Positions 13,452-25,910 of a stretch of 64,000 nucleotides of DNA are shown piece after piece. Source of the DNA: Octopus sinensis (lineage: Eukaryota). The stretch lies in assembly GCF_006345805.1 (NCBI RefSeq), contig NC_042999.1, forward strand, positions 16,120,001 to 16,184,000, given 5' to 3'. Made by a program: the position numbers and the translations under genes. Below the pieces are notes generated by a model. It made no database searches. It was given only the letters and a program-made list of their open reading frames with translations, and was not told where the DNA came from. Positions within the stretch are counted from its first letter, which is position 1. Each line of letters starts with the position of its first letter.

Positions 13452-13838
13452 TTTACCCATTTACTTGTTTCAGTCATTTGACTGTGGCCATGCTGGATCA
13501 CCACCTTTAGTTGAGCAAATCGACCCCAGGACTTATTCTTTGTAAGCCTAGTACTTATTCTATCGGTCTCTTTTGCCGAACTGCAAACACACTAGCATCG
13601 GTTGTCAAGTGATGTTGGGGGGACAAACACTGACACACACACACATATATATACATATACATATATACATATATACGACGGGCTTCTTTCAGTTTCTGTC
13701 TACCAAATCCACTCACAAGGCCTTGGTTGGCCTGAGGCTATAATAGAAGACATTTGTCCAAGGAGCCATGCAGTGGGACTGAACCTGGAACCATGTGGTC
13801 CGTAAGCAAGTTTCTTACCACACAGCCACTCCTATGCC
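13452..13838 (-). mobile_element. SINE family A, full length
   Basis: Reverse complement of family A. Confidence 0.85.
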
Positions 13839-16800
13839 ATCTTGTCAATGACTTTAATAATAATTTTTGATGTTGGCTTAATTGGTATTTGAATTCACAC
13901 TGTAGAAGGATAACACTGAATACTGCAAAGCATTCTTTCCAACGATACCCAAAGCAATTTCTGCCAAAGAATTTGTTTTCCATTGTCTTTAATAATAATT
14001 TCTGATTTTAGCACAATGACAACAAATTTGAGGGGAGGGGTTAATCAATACTATTCACACTAGTGCTTAACCACTTGAATGGTACTTCTGTTTATCAGCT
14101 CTAGGGTGATGGAAGATGAAGTTGACCTTTGCAAGATTTGAACTCAGGATGTAGTGAGCCAGAAGATACGCTGCAAGGTATTTTTTTTACTAAAGCTCTA
14201 ATGATTCTGCCAATCATTGTCATTCTTAATGATTTCAATATGATCATTTCAAATTTTGGCACAAGGCCTGCAATTTCATGGGGAGGGTGTATGTTGAGCA
14301 CATCAACCCCGGTGCTCCACTGATCCTTATTTTATCAAACTCCGTAAGGATGAAAGCAAAGTTAACCTCAGCAGAATTTGAACTCAGAATGAAAAGATGG
14401 AGCAAATACCACAAAGCATTTTTCCAGTTGTACTAATGATTCTGTCAGATCACCACCTTAATTAACTTTGTTAATACTGATAACAAAAAAAATCTCTACT
14501 TGGTAGCACAACTAGCAGCCAAATTAGAAATAGCAGCTAAATTTTCCTCAAATCATATCCCTGTCGTTAAAAAAAAAAAAACGAAAAAAAAACAATACAT
14601 TAGTTAAAATAGTCCTTGATACCCCCAAAAGGATGTGTTGTCAGAGCTGAAATACTTTTAATTATATGTTACCGAATTAAGATTGACCTACAGTTAAACA
14701 GCATCAACCAGTAATGACAGTGGCGTCTGTTGAACAGTTAGTCGCATAGAAAGTAATCTTTTATTTAGATTCCATTACAAACATAGAATCTTTGTCATCA
14801 GTGCTTTTCTCTGTTCAACACTTAATAAGACCAGCTGTTTATGTACACTGTGATTTTCCTAACATTAGTAGTATATTACTATATATAGTAATATACTACT
14901 ATACATCCTGTTGAAAATAAAACTATGCTAAGTTTTCTTTACTAAACCCAATTTTATCTCTAAAAATTATTCATTGTCTGTTGTAATTTATTTTGAGTGC
15001 ATTAACATTTTCTATTGAATATTTATGAAAACCTCAATGAAGCTAAATTAGATTTAAACTCTGATACTACGGTAAAAATCCTAGTTAGCCGAGTTCTTCC
15101 TTCTTCTATATTCAGTTTCTACAAACTATTGAAGTTGCATGGAATACGCCTATGGCTTTTGATTATTTATATTTAAGATTGTGATTCAAGATTAATTGAA
15201 TTTCTTTTTTAAACTCCAGAACATTTTATAACACTCTGTCCAAATGTTAATTGAAAAATATCTCGAAAATTTAGTATTCTTTCTCAATACGAGTGATATA
15301 AAAAGTAATTCATACAAATTCATCTCTCCGAGGTAAAATTTATCTTGTTCTTTAGCTTAAGAATATTTTGAGAAGTTCAATTATAGTCTGGTATGATCTT
15401 GTAGCAAATTTAAGCAAATCTAAGCAAATGATGTTAAGTAGAAGACTGTATTGGTTTCAAATTCTCGCACAAGGCCAGAAATTTTGGAGGGGGTAATTAA
15501 GTTAATTACATTGACCCCAGTGTCCAACTAGCCTTTATTTTATCGATTCTGAAATGGTGAAAAGCAAACTCGACCTTGACAGAATTTGAACCCTCTCTCC
15601 CTAGGCAACTGTTTCCACCCTCACTCTTGTTAAATCTCACTCTCTTTCTCTTCCTCTCTTTTGATTCCTCTCTCTGGCTGAGTAACCATCGACCTCCTCT
15701 ACAGCAAGACATCTGTTTCTTATTTCTTTATTGCCCACAAGGGGCTAAACATAGAGGGGACCAAACAAGGACGGACAAACGGATTAAGTCGATTAAATCG
15801 ACCCCAGTGCATAAATGGTACTTAATTTATCAACCCCGAAAGGATGAAAGGCAAAGTCAACCTTGGCAGAATTTGAACTCAGAACATAACGGTAGATGAA
15901 ATACTGCTAAGCATTTCGCCCGTCGCGTTAACGTTTCTGCCAGCTCACCGCCTTAAGACATCTGTTTCTGTCTCTCTGTCACACTATAATCTTTCATCAT
16001 CTGACTCAAGATTCTGCCCCCCTTCCAAAGCTCCTTCCCCTCTCAAAGGCTTTTTGTCTTACAAAGTCACTTGGTGACCTCCACCATTGCAAGTGCCACT
16101 TAAAAAGTACTCGTTCCACACTATAAAGTGGCTGGCATTTGGAAGGGCATCCAGCTATAAAAACCATGCCAAAACTTACCTTTCCTATGTGAGTGCCACA
16201 TAAAAAGCACTCTGACCACTTTACTAAGTGGCTGGTGTTAGAAAGGCCATCTAGTTGTAAAAACCATGTCAAAGCACACTCAGAAGCATGGCGCAGGGTC
16301 CTGCCTGGCCAGCTTCTGTCAAACCATCCAACCCATGCAAACATAGGAGGATGTTAATCAATGTCTTTTTTTTAACATAGAGATGGATGAAACGTCTCTA
16401 AGCATATTGATTGGTGTACTAATGATTCTGCCAGCTCACTGCCTTAAAGTAAAAGAATACCATCAAAACCCATTTAATTTATGCATTTTATGTAATTTAT
16501 GCAAGAATAAAAAAAAAATTTAGATATGCATAAATTACATGAGTAGATCTTTTCCAGAATTTTTAAAGAAATTTTTTTTGTTTGAAAAAAGACGTACAAA
16601 ATGTAAACGTTTGTACCAGAAGTTGACTCATTTAGTGTCAGAATAGGTTTTTTTCAGAAAAAATAAGGGCTTAAATATAATGAAGTTGACTTTTATTTAT
16701 GCTGGATGGTATAATGCTTACTTTTTCTGCATAAATTTACTAAAACCATCAAATGGTTAACTACTTTTTGCAGCTTGACATTTATGCTGGTTATCACGGT

Positions 16801-17455
16801 CTGGGCCATATTATTATAAACGACACAAACACTTTGTAATTTAATAACTTTTAATGTGATACCTGTTAAACAGAAATTATTTTCATTAAAGGAAAATTTA
16901 ATAAAATCTAATCATAAGGAAGTGAAATTAGGCTAAATATAACTAAATTGAAAACCTTTTTCTCCTGGCCATATCAGCAATTCTGAAAACTTTTGGGTGT
17001 GAGAGAGTATGGTAGCCCACTTGAAGCACTGTGTATTGTTTGTAAAGAATAAAAAGTTTTGAATGGTAAAACAATGCCCTATAATATAGACGATGGGCTA
17101 TTAACACCTGTTGTAATTTAGTCATCCATAGTCTTATACGATATTTCGGAATAAAATTCCTTCTTCAAATATTCTTAGATGGAGTCGCTGCTATAAACGG
17201 TTTTCTAACGGCTATGAGTACAAGGTTTTTTAAACAAATTTTACCTGGAAAACTAACCTGTGTAAATTACACAGGTGCACAAATTACATAGGTTTTACAG
17301 TATATTAAGTGAACATCAGTGACATGAACTCATCTTGATGGATTTGATTTGTTTTTTTACCTTTTACTTGTATCAGTCATGCTAAGGTACCACCTTCGAG
17401 GTTGTAGTCAAATAATTCTTACCTCGGTACTTATTCTTTAAATCTTGTACTTATA

Positions 17456-17850
17456 GGTGCAGGAGTGGCTGTGTGGTAAGATGCTTGCTTCCCAGCCATG
17501 TGGTTCTGGGTTCAGTCCCACTGTGTGGCACCTTGGGCAAGTGTCTTCTACTATAGCCTTGGGCTGACGAAAACCTTGTGAGTGGATTTGGTAGACAGAA
17601 ACTGAAAGAAGCCTGTCGTATATATATGTATGTATATCTATATGTGTGTCAGTGTTTGTCCCCCCCCATCACCAGTTGACAACCGGTGTTGGTGTGTTTA
17701 CATCCCCATAACTTAGAGGTTCAGCAAAACAGACTGCTAGGATAAGTATGGGGCTTAAAAATTAAGAATTGAGGTTGATTCTTTTGACTAAAAAAACTCG
17801 AGACAGTGCCCCAGCATGGTCGCAGTCTAATGACGGAAACAAGTAAAAGA
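17456..17850 (+). mobile_element. SINE family A, full length
   Basis: Colinear with family A. Confidence 0.88.
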
Positions 17851-18080
17851 TATTAGATAAAAGATTCTATCGATTTCTTTCACCGAACTGCTAAGTTATG
17901 TAGATGTAAACAAACCAACACCATTTATCAAGCAGTGGTGGGAAACAAATACAACACAAACACAGTCACACACACACACGGATATGTACACATACATAGA
18001 TACACACATATATATATATGTGTATCTATATGGGCTTCTTTTAGTTTCCATCTACCAAATCCTACCCACAAAGAATTAGT

Positions 18081-18153
18081 TGGCATATGCCATAGTGGTT
18101 AAAAGCACAGGCTACTAACCCCAAGATTCTGAGTTCGATTCCAGACAGTAACA

Positions 18154-18208
<55 letters not shown>

Positions 18209-18407
18209 TAATAATAATAATAATAATAATAGTAACAATAATAATAATAATAACAACAAGAACAACAACATTGAAAAATACCTTAGGAATGAGAACCCAA
18301 GTTCAAAATCTCCCCAAGACCCCTGATGAAGGCTGGAGGGTATATCAGCCGAAACATGTTAACAACAAACAAGATGAGGACAAATATTTGTCAAATGTAA
18401 ATAATGT
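18081..18407 (+). mobile_element. tRNA-headed SINE with (AAT)n spacer and hammerhead-bearing tail (family F)
   Basis: A/B boxes (TGCCATAGTGG, GAGTTCGATTCC), then (AAT)n, then a tail containing CTGATGA-A-GGCTG...CAGCC-GAAAC at 18323-18355. Second full copy at 23739-24014 (-), tail only at 24015-24256 (+), head only at 9386-9490 (+) and 7240-7310 (-). Confidence 0.8.
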
Positions 18408-19319
18408 GGAAGACACTTGTCCAAAGTGTCACTCAGTGGGACAGAACCTAAGACCATATGGTCAGGAAGTAAGCTTCTTACCCACCCCTCACAGCCACAC
18501 CTGTACATATTGTGGTTAGTGTATTAGTTTATTGAATATATTCCTCTCTACCAGTCTTTAGGCATGCCTATTCATTGTCTGTAGCAGCAGCTAACATGAT
18601 AATAGAAGAAACAGCAGTGGTATTACATCAACTATTTAATTAACGTTTAGCACCAAGTTATATTAACAGGTATATCCAGTCACTTGTTTAGCTATGACAC
18701 AGGCAGCAGACTCTGTTTTGTGTACAATCACTACAGCAACAAACTTGCATCTTCCAAAATTTCAAAATACCTGCTTTTTCCCCAGCAGCTCAGATGCTGA
18801 CATGCGAAGGCAGCAGCTTCCAGCTCAGTTGTGGTGACACATCAGCTACAACTATGGAATAAGCTATTACGATGTACTGCTCAGCGGTGATACAACATGT
18901 GTAAATACACTTCTACTGCTGCTTCATCATTTGCATGTACATATACATGTATACATATGCATATACACGATGCATATATATATATATATATACGTGATGC
19001 ATATATGCCATTTGAATATGGCTATCCCAAAAGGGTTATCATTATATATATATATTTATATATATATATATGTATATATACATATGTATATATGCATATA
19101 TGCATATATATATATTCAATATATATATGCATATATATTCAATAAGACAATCAAAGCTTCATTTCATTTTACTATATATACTATTTATACTATATATTCT
19201 ATATTCAACATTAATATTATAAAGAATATTAATTAAACCTAAAGAAACAGACAGAGTTGGAATTCCTTTGAATAATATATATCCCTCTATACACAATCAT
19301 ACAAAGCCTTTATATAAAT

Positions 19320-19382
<63 letters not shown>

Positions 19383-19977
19383 GTATGTATGTATGTACGT
19401 ATGTATTTATATATACATATATGTATATATATTTATGTATGCTTCTGGGTTCAGTTCCACTGCATGACACCTTCGGCAAGTGTCTTCTACTATAGCTTCG
19501 GCCCAACCAAAGCTTTGTGAGTGGATTTGGTAGACAGAAATTGAAAGAAGCCTGCTGTATATATGTGTGTTTGTGTCTGTTTGTTCCCCCACCATTGGTT
19601 GATAACTGATATTGGTGTATTTACATCCCTGTAACTTGGGGGTTTGACAAAAGAGAGTGATAGAATAAGTACAAGGTTTACAAAGAATAAATCCTGGGAT
19701 TGCTTTTTCAACTACAACTCAAGGTAGTGCTCCAGCATGGCTTCAGTCATATGACTGAAACAAGTAAAAAAATAAAAAATAAAAGTGTGTGTATATCATC
19801 ATCATCGTTTAACGTCCGCTTTCCATGCTAGCATGGGTTGGACAATATATATATATATATATATAATAATAACAAAGGGTGAAACTAATTAATTAAGAAG
19901 TAATCAGTAATCAGTAATTTCACCAAGTAGAATTTGGCATGAAAAGGACCACTTCATGGTAAGCTTAAGTAATACTT

Positions 19978-20292
19978 TATAATTAGGGTTCAGCAACGAT
20001 TTGCTTCACCACATACCGAAGTTTAGAAATAGCAGTCAAAAAATCTTAGTTATTCCTTCTACTTTAAAGGGAGTTCCCAGAAAAACCAAAGCACCTGAAA
20101 GCAAACTTCACAGGCAAAAGGGAAAAATATGACGAAAATCATTCTATATTAGGTTACCCACGGACGTACGTTTCGGAATTAAGTCAGTATAAAGCACTCC
20201 CTTTAAAGTAGAAGGAATAGCTAAGATATTTTGACTGCTATTTCTAAACTTCGGTATGTGGAGAAGCAAATCGTTGCTGAACCCTAATTATA
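19978..20292. mobile_element. Fold-back PLE remnant with 97-bp inverted arms
   Basis: Arms at 19978-20074 and 20196-20292. The loop holds the 3' half of a hammerhead (GAAA-CGTACG-TC, minus strand, 20157-20187). It shares TTTAGAAATAGCAGTCAAAA with 43047-43389. Confidence 0.7.
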
Positions 20293-20295
20293 TAG

Positions 20296-20329
<34 letters not shown>

Positions 20330-20330
20330 T

Positions 20331-20800
20331 CATCATCATCATCATCATCGTCGTTTAACGTCCGTTCTCCATGCTAGCATGGGTTGGACGGTTCGACCGG
20401 GGTTCTGGGAAGCCAGAAGGCTGCACCAGGCTCCAGTCTAATTGGCAATGTTTCTACAGCTGGATGCCCTTCCTAACGCCAACCACTCCGTGAGTGTAGT
20501 GGGTGCTTTTTACGTGCACACTGCACAGGTGCCAGGCGGGGCTGGCAACGGCCACGGTCAGATTGGTGTATTTATGTGCCACCGGCACGGAAGCCAGTCG
20601 AGGCGGGCTGGCATCGGCCACGAGTCGGATAGTGCTTTTTACGTACCACCAGACCAGGGATCCTGGCTGGTTCAATTCGATTTCGATTTCGCTTGCCCCA
20701 ACATGTCTTCACAAGCAAAGGGGTTGGCAAGGGTGGCTGTCGTACGGTCGCATTGGAGTATTTTACGTGCCACGGCCACGAGTCGGATAGTGCTTTTTAC
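20331..20800 (-). mobile_element. RTE LINE 3' UTR ending in (GAT)n (5'-truncated copy)
   Basis: Shares UTR repeats with 50586-51045 and the motif GGCGTTAGGAAGGGCATCCAGCTG. Similar copies at 26790-27130, 29226-29397, 30055-30350, 37170-37402, 39640-39846, 52575-53030, 58940-59210, 61545-62050 and 62340-62545. Confidence 0.85.
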
Positions 20801-20837
20801 GTGATCTGTGTGTGTATATGGTGTGTGTTTGTGTGCA

Positions 20838-20869
<32 letters not shown>

Positions 20870-20884
<15 letters not shown>

Positions 20885-21238
20885 GGCAGTTTGTCTGTGT
20901 GTGTTTCTGTGTGTATGTTAGGTTGTACCCTCACCCTGACCACGGCTTTCAACCGATTCTGATGAAACTTGACACACACATAGCCCAATGTCATAATTCA
21001 AAACTAACGCAGCGAAAATTTTGAAAAGTTCCCCCAGTTCTGAAAAAAATCGATAAATTCGACATGGGGTCGAGAATCAGAAACACAAACCACAGACTGT
21101 CTAGGGGACGCAACTCGACCTTTTTAACTAAAAAAAAATTTACCATCATTTTTTTTCCATTTTTTGGCTATAACTCTCTAAAAATGCTTTATAGTTATTT
21201 CCCTTACAAACCCGAGCAACGCTGGGCGATACTGCTAG
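20870..21238 (+). mobile_element. Non-autonomous Helitron, related family
   Basis: Shares the 3' end CCCGAGCAACGCTGGGCGATACTGCTAG|T; different body. Confidence 0.78.
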
Positions 21239-21471
21239 TGTATAAATAAAAATATGAAAGTTTAGTTCACAGGTGATCTAAGCGACTAGGTACGCTAGGT
21301 AAGTGCTGTAATTGATTACTAGGCTTCCAAGTTTATAGCCGAGATGGTAGGTATTGAGCCATTGCAGATTTCTGGTATAGTGGATATATAATTGTTAAGA
21401 GGATTGCAAACATTAAGGCAAGGCAAACATCTCTAGTCATATATTATTATTGTTGGAAAAAAAAATTCAAA

Positions 21472-21527
21472 GTCTTACAGCTGTTTCTGGAATATCCCAG
21501 AGTATGGAATATCCCTTCATCAGAGAC
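21472..21527 (-). ncRNA. Type I hammerhead ribozyme in a PLE 3' remnant
   Basis: GUCU-CUGAUGA-A-GGGAUAUUCCA uacuc UGGGAUAUUCC-A-GAAA-CAGCUG-UA^-AGAC. Upstream on the same strand (21680-21738) is a frameshifted WIFTL..P..GLN motif typical of PLE GIY-YIG ends. Confidence 0.82.
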
Positions 21528-22036
21528 AAATAGGGAAAATGAGAAGGGTATAGATTAATGAAATGACGACATAGAGGACAGGAGTAAAGGAATAAGGAGA
21601 TGAAGAACGAGAAGAAAAAAGAAGCATAAAAGTTCACAGTTCAACTTTCCGATTGCATAGATGTTAGTCCATTAGTCCTTAGGTTCAATCCTGTGTAAAA
21701 CCATATGGGTTAAAGTCCTGATAGAGTAAATATCCAGAAAAGGGCATGAACATATCAACATTCTATAACATGAATTGTAGTGGGGGTGGGTATTAAGTGG
21801 TGAAAAGACAGAAAAGTAAATGAATAGAAAGAGAGGTAGAGAGAGTGAGGGAGGAAGCTAAGGATTAAGTAACGTATATAAAAATATAGTGTTTAAGAAT
21901 ATAGTGTACAAAGTTAGCCATGAAGATAAGAGAGAGGAGGAGGTAAAGGAAAATAATGGAAGATAATGTGTGCGTATATACATATATATATATATATATA
22001 TATGCCTTCATTAATTCATAGATGCATATAGTCATC

Positions 22037-22079
<43 letters not shown>

Positions 22080-22091
22080 ATGTATATATAA

Positions 22092-22175
22092 TGGCTGATG
22101 ATTGCTCAACATTTTAAAACTGTTGTAATACTTACAACATTTAATAAAATGATGTAGCGTGAAACGATCGTACCA
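22092..22175 (+). ncRNA. Type I hammerhead with extended stem II
   Basis: UGG-CUGAUGA-(58-nt stem II region: UGCU/AGCG, CAUUUU/AAAAUG, UGUUGUAA/UUACAACA)-GAAA-CGAUCG-UA^-CCA. Stem I is cut short on its 5' side by (TA)n. Confidence 0.75.
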
Positions 22176-22212
22176 AATTACCAAAGTTATTCTTGTTGCT
22201 TATTTTGTGTAT

Positions 22213-22278
<66 letters not shown>

Positions 22279-22907
22279 TATGTATGTATATACAAGCACA
22301 TTTAAGATTCCTGTCCTCATTGTAGCATCATTTTAAATCTTCACATTGAAATTTGAAGCCTTTTTATATTTAACAATAATTTCGCTGTCTACCAGGCTTG
22401 TCTCTGCCAAATTAATTTATTGACGAGAAGGGAATATATATTCTCTGTCTGTGATTTTAACAAAATAGAACAATTTTATCCATTATTCTTCATTTCGTTA
22501 TCTGGTCAAATTTCTCTCTAAAATTTCTATTAATTTGTAAACTTCCTTTCTGATATATTTTACAATGTAATGTTCTGTAAAAACTGTGTGAATGAAGAAA
22601 AAAGAACATAACTGAATATTCTTTTATTTTGCTACTGGCCAAATTATTGAAAAAAAAAGAAGAATGGTTTTCAAATTTCAAAATATTTGATATTTTTTAC
22701 CCTTTCAATACTTTAAATTTGTTTGCTATAAATTTTTCCTACAAGGGTGGTTAAAAGTACACTCTGCTTCTCAAACACATGGTTCTGGGTTCAGTTCCAC
22801 TGTGTGACACTCTGGGTAACTGTCTTGTGCAATGGCCTTGGGCTGTCCCAAAACCTTGTGAGTGGATTTGGTAGATGGAAACTGAAAAAGCCCATCATAT
22901 AAATATA

Positions 22908-22971
<64 letters not shown>

Positions 22972-23039
22972 AGATACATACAAACAGAGTGCAATGGGTA
23001 AATTATCGCCAATTTATATTTTTTATTTTGTGCATGCAC

Positions 23040-23420
23040 ATTGTTTGTTTTTGATTTTGTTGACTACATAGTAAAGTAGGGTCAGTTGGGCACCATCAAT
23101 GAGAAAAACAGCACCATGACGCAATTCAATCTGCCAGAAATTTGGAAGTAATATGCTGTACTGCTTGACATTCATGCCGGAAGCTCCAATACAAATGCTG
23201 GAATACGAGCATGTACCAATACGAACATGCACCAAGAGTGATAAAAATCAAACATTCAGTAAACATCATGGCGTTTAGAATGATCACTAGTGATGACGAC
23301 ATTATGTCTCCATTCATCTTCCCACATGTCCTCAGACTCAACAAAGAGGCATACATCAAGTGCCTGGAGGAGGTAGTGCTGTTCTGGGTCAAAAGGGTAG
23401 CTGCTGGGTCAAGAAGGTGG
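23040..23420 (+). mobile_element. Second fragment of the same transposase family
   Basis: IKHSVNIMAF...SDDDIMSPFIFPHVLRLNKEAYIKCLEEVVLFWVKRVAAG. Confidence 0.8.
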
Positions 23421-23738
23421 CAGCTCGATTCAATGAAACATGATCTTAGTCTTGTAAACTATATGATGACCTCACAACTCCTGGTGCCACAAAAACACAC
23501 ACATTACACTCTGTAAAATTACTGGCATTATGCCAAAATAGACACTGGAGCATGATGTAGTCTTTGAACCTGTCAGACTAAGTCAAGCTTTCTGACCCAT
23601 TCCAGCATGGAAGACAGATATTAAAAGATAATGATGACAATGATGGTGCTGACAACGATGATGATGATAATGATAATGATCTTGTAAGATGTGACCTCTA
23701 GCTGTATTTTCATCCTCCCAATCTAAAAAAAAACCCCG

Positions 23739-23883
23739 TTGTTTACATTATTTACATTTGATGGATATTTGTCCTCATCTTGTTTGTTGTTAATACAACA
23801 TTTCAGCTCATGTACTCTCCGGCCTTCATCAGGTGTCTTGGGGAAATTTCGAACTAGGTTCTCATTCTTAAGGTATTTTTCGA

Positions 23884-23931
<48 letters not shown>

Positions 23932-24014
23932 CATTATTATTATTCAGGTCACTGCCGGGAATCGAACTTGAAATCTTGGGGTTAGTAGCCTGTGCTCTTA
24001 ACCACTATGCCATA
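23739..24014 (-). mobile_element. Family F SINE, full length
   Basis: Reverse complement of 18081-18407; mutated hammerhead at 23792-23837. Confidence 0.8.
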
Positions 24015-24031
24015 TAATAATAATAATAATA

Positions 24032-24088
<57 letters not shown>

Positions 24089-24500
24089 GAACAAGAACAA
24101 CAACAATAATAATAATAACAACATCAGAAAAATACCTTGGGAATGTAAACCTAGGTTTGAAATTCCCCCAGGACACCTGATGAAGGCTAGACAGAACATT
24201 AGCCAACACAACAAATGAGATGAAGACAAATATCCATCAAATGTAAATAATGTAAAGAATATACATAATTCCTCATCTTTCAAAGATAGAACCGTATTAA
24301 TGAAAACAAACAAAAAAAAACTGTGATGATGCCTTTGCACTGTGACAATTTCATCATCTCACTCTTGCCTTCTATTCCGACTTAGATAATAACACCCAAC
24401 ATCATTGAAATTACAACTATTTGAAGTATCTTCCAAGTAATGGTAATACATAAGTACTATGTAATACCAATCCCAAACTGATTTGATTATTAACCTTACC

Positions 24501-24850
24501 TTTTGTGTTCCTGTCTATAGTATGTTGCGATCACGCAAGGTTTGAATACATAGCTTTTTATTTATAATATAAGATTTTAAGGTAATCATCCATTCTATCA
24601 CAAAAGATGTTATTAAACTCATTTCATTGAAGCCAGCTCTGTTGTTATTGACATCTACAAAGAGCCTTCTGATATAGCATTCACAGAATGTAATAAGCAC
24701 CATGATACCATTTTGCCTATAATTCAAAACTTTCCCTATCGTGACACTGGAATTTTCATTTTGATATACCATACATGTCCAATTAATCTTTGCTTCACTC
24801 TCCCACATGCCATCGGAATTCCTTGAATTTTCGTCTTTAAAAGTCGTCCT
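24501..24850 (-). pseudogene. Coding-like segment with an in-frame stop before a donor
   Basis: About 100 open codons (VLITFCECYIRRL), then TAG, then 5 codons and aag|gtaagg in phase 0. Confidence 0.35.
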
Positions 24851-25059
24851 GTTTCAGCTATGTGTATGTGTGGTTAAGACGCTTGCTTTGTGACCAAGTG
24901 GTTTGAGGTTCAATCCCACTGTATGACCTTTTGGGCAAGTGTCATCTACTATGTCCCTGACACGACCAGTGCCTTGCAAGCAAATTTGATAGATGAAAAT
25001 TGTGTGGAGGTCCATTGCATATCATCATCATCACCATCATCATCAACATTATCATCATT

Positions 25060-25104
<45 letters not shown>

Positions 25105-25501
25105 TTCATCTTCATCATCTTCATCTTCGTCTTCATCATCTTCTTCTCCATCTTCTTCATCATCATCATCTTCTTCTTCATCATCACCACCACCACTTTT
25201 GTCTTTTACGTATTTCAGTCATCAGACTGCGACCATGCTGGGGCACCGCCTTCAATTTTTAGTCGAATGAATCAACCCCAGTACTTATTCTATTGGTTTC
25301 TTTTGCTGAACTGCTAAGTTACAGGTATGTAAACACACCCACGCTGGTTTCAAGTGGTAATGGGGGTGGGGTACAAACATAGACACAAATACATAAATAT
25401 ATACTTTTTTCATATGTATACATACATACATCTTTTGTATCAAATGTATTTAGCATTTTTTGTATATTAACTTGCCTAACGTGCTTGTCCTTACATTTAC
25501 T

Positions 25502-25539
<38 letters not shown>

Positions 25540-25541
<2 letters not shown>

Positions 25542-25910
25542 TGCAGGAGTGGCTGCGTGGTAAGTAGCTTGCTTACCAACCACATGGTTCTGGGTTCAGT
25601 CCCACTGCGTGGCACCTTGGGCAAGTGTCTTCTACTATAGCCTCGGGCTGACCAAAGCCTTGTGAATGGATTTGGTAGACGGAAACTGAAAGAAGCCTGT
25701 CGTATATATGTATATATATATGTGTGTATATGCTTGACAACTGATGCTGGTGTGTTTATGTCCCCGTCACTTAGCGGTTCGGCATAAGAGACCGATAGAA
25801 TAAGTACTAGGCTTACAAAGAATAAGTCCCTGGGTCGAGTTGCTCGACTAAAGGCGGTGCTCCAGCATGGCCGCAGTCAAATGACTGAAACAAGTAAAAG
25901 AGTAAAAGAG
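25540..25910 (+). mobile_element. tRNA-derived SINE family A with a CORE-like domain, well-preserved copy
   Basis: tRNA-like head (GGAGTGGCTGCGTGGTAAG...GGGTTCAGTCCC), CORE-like ACCTTGGGCAAGTGTCTT, internal (TA/TG)n, tail GAAACAAGTAAAAGAG. More than 25 full or partial copies occur in the window. Confidence 0.9.
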
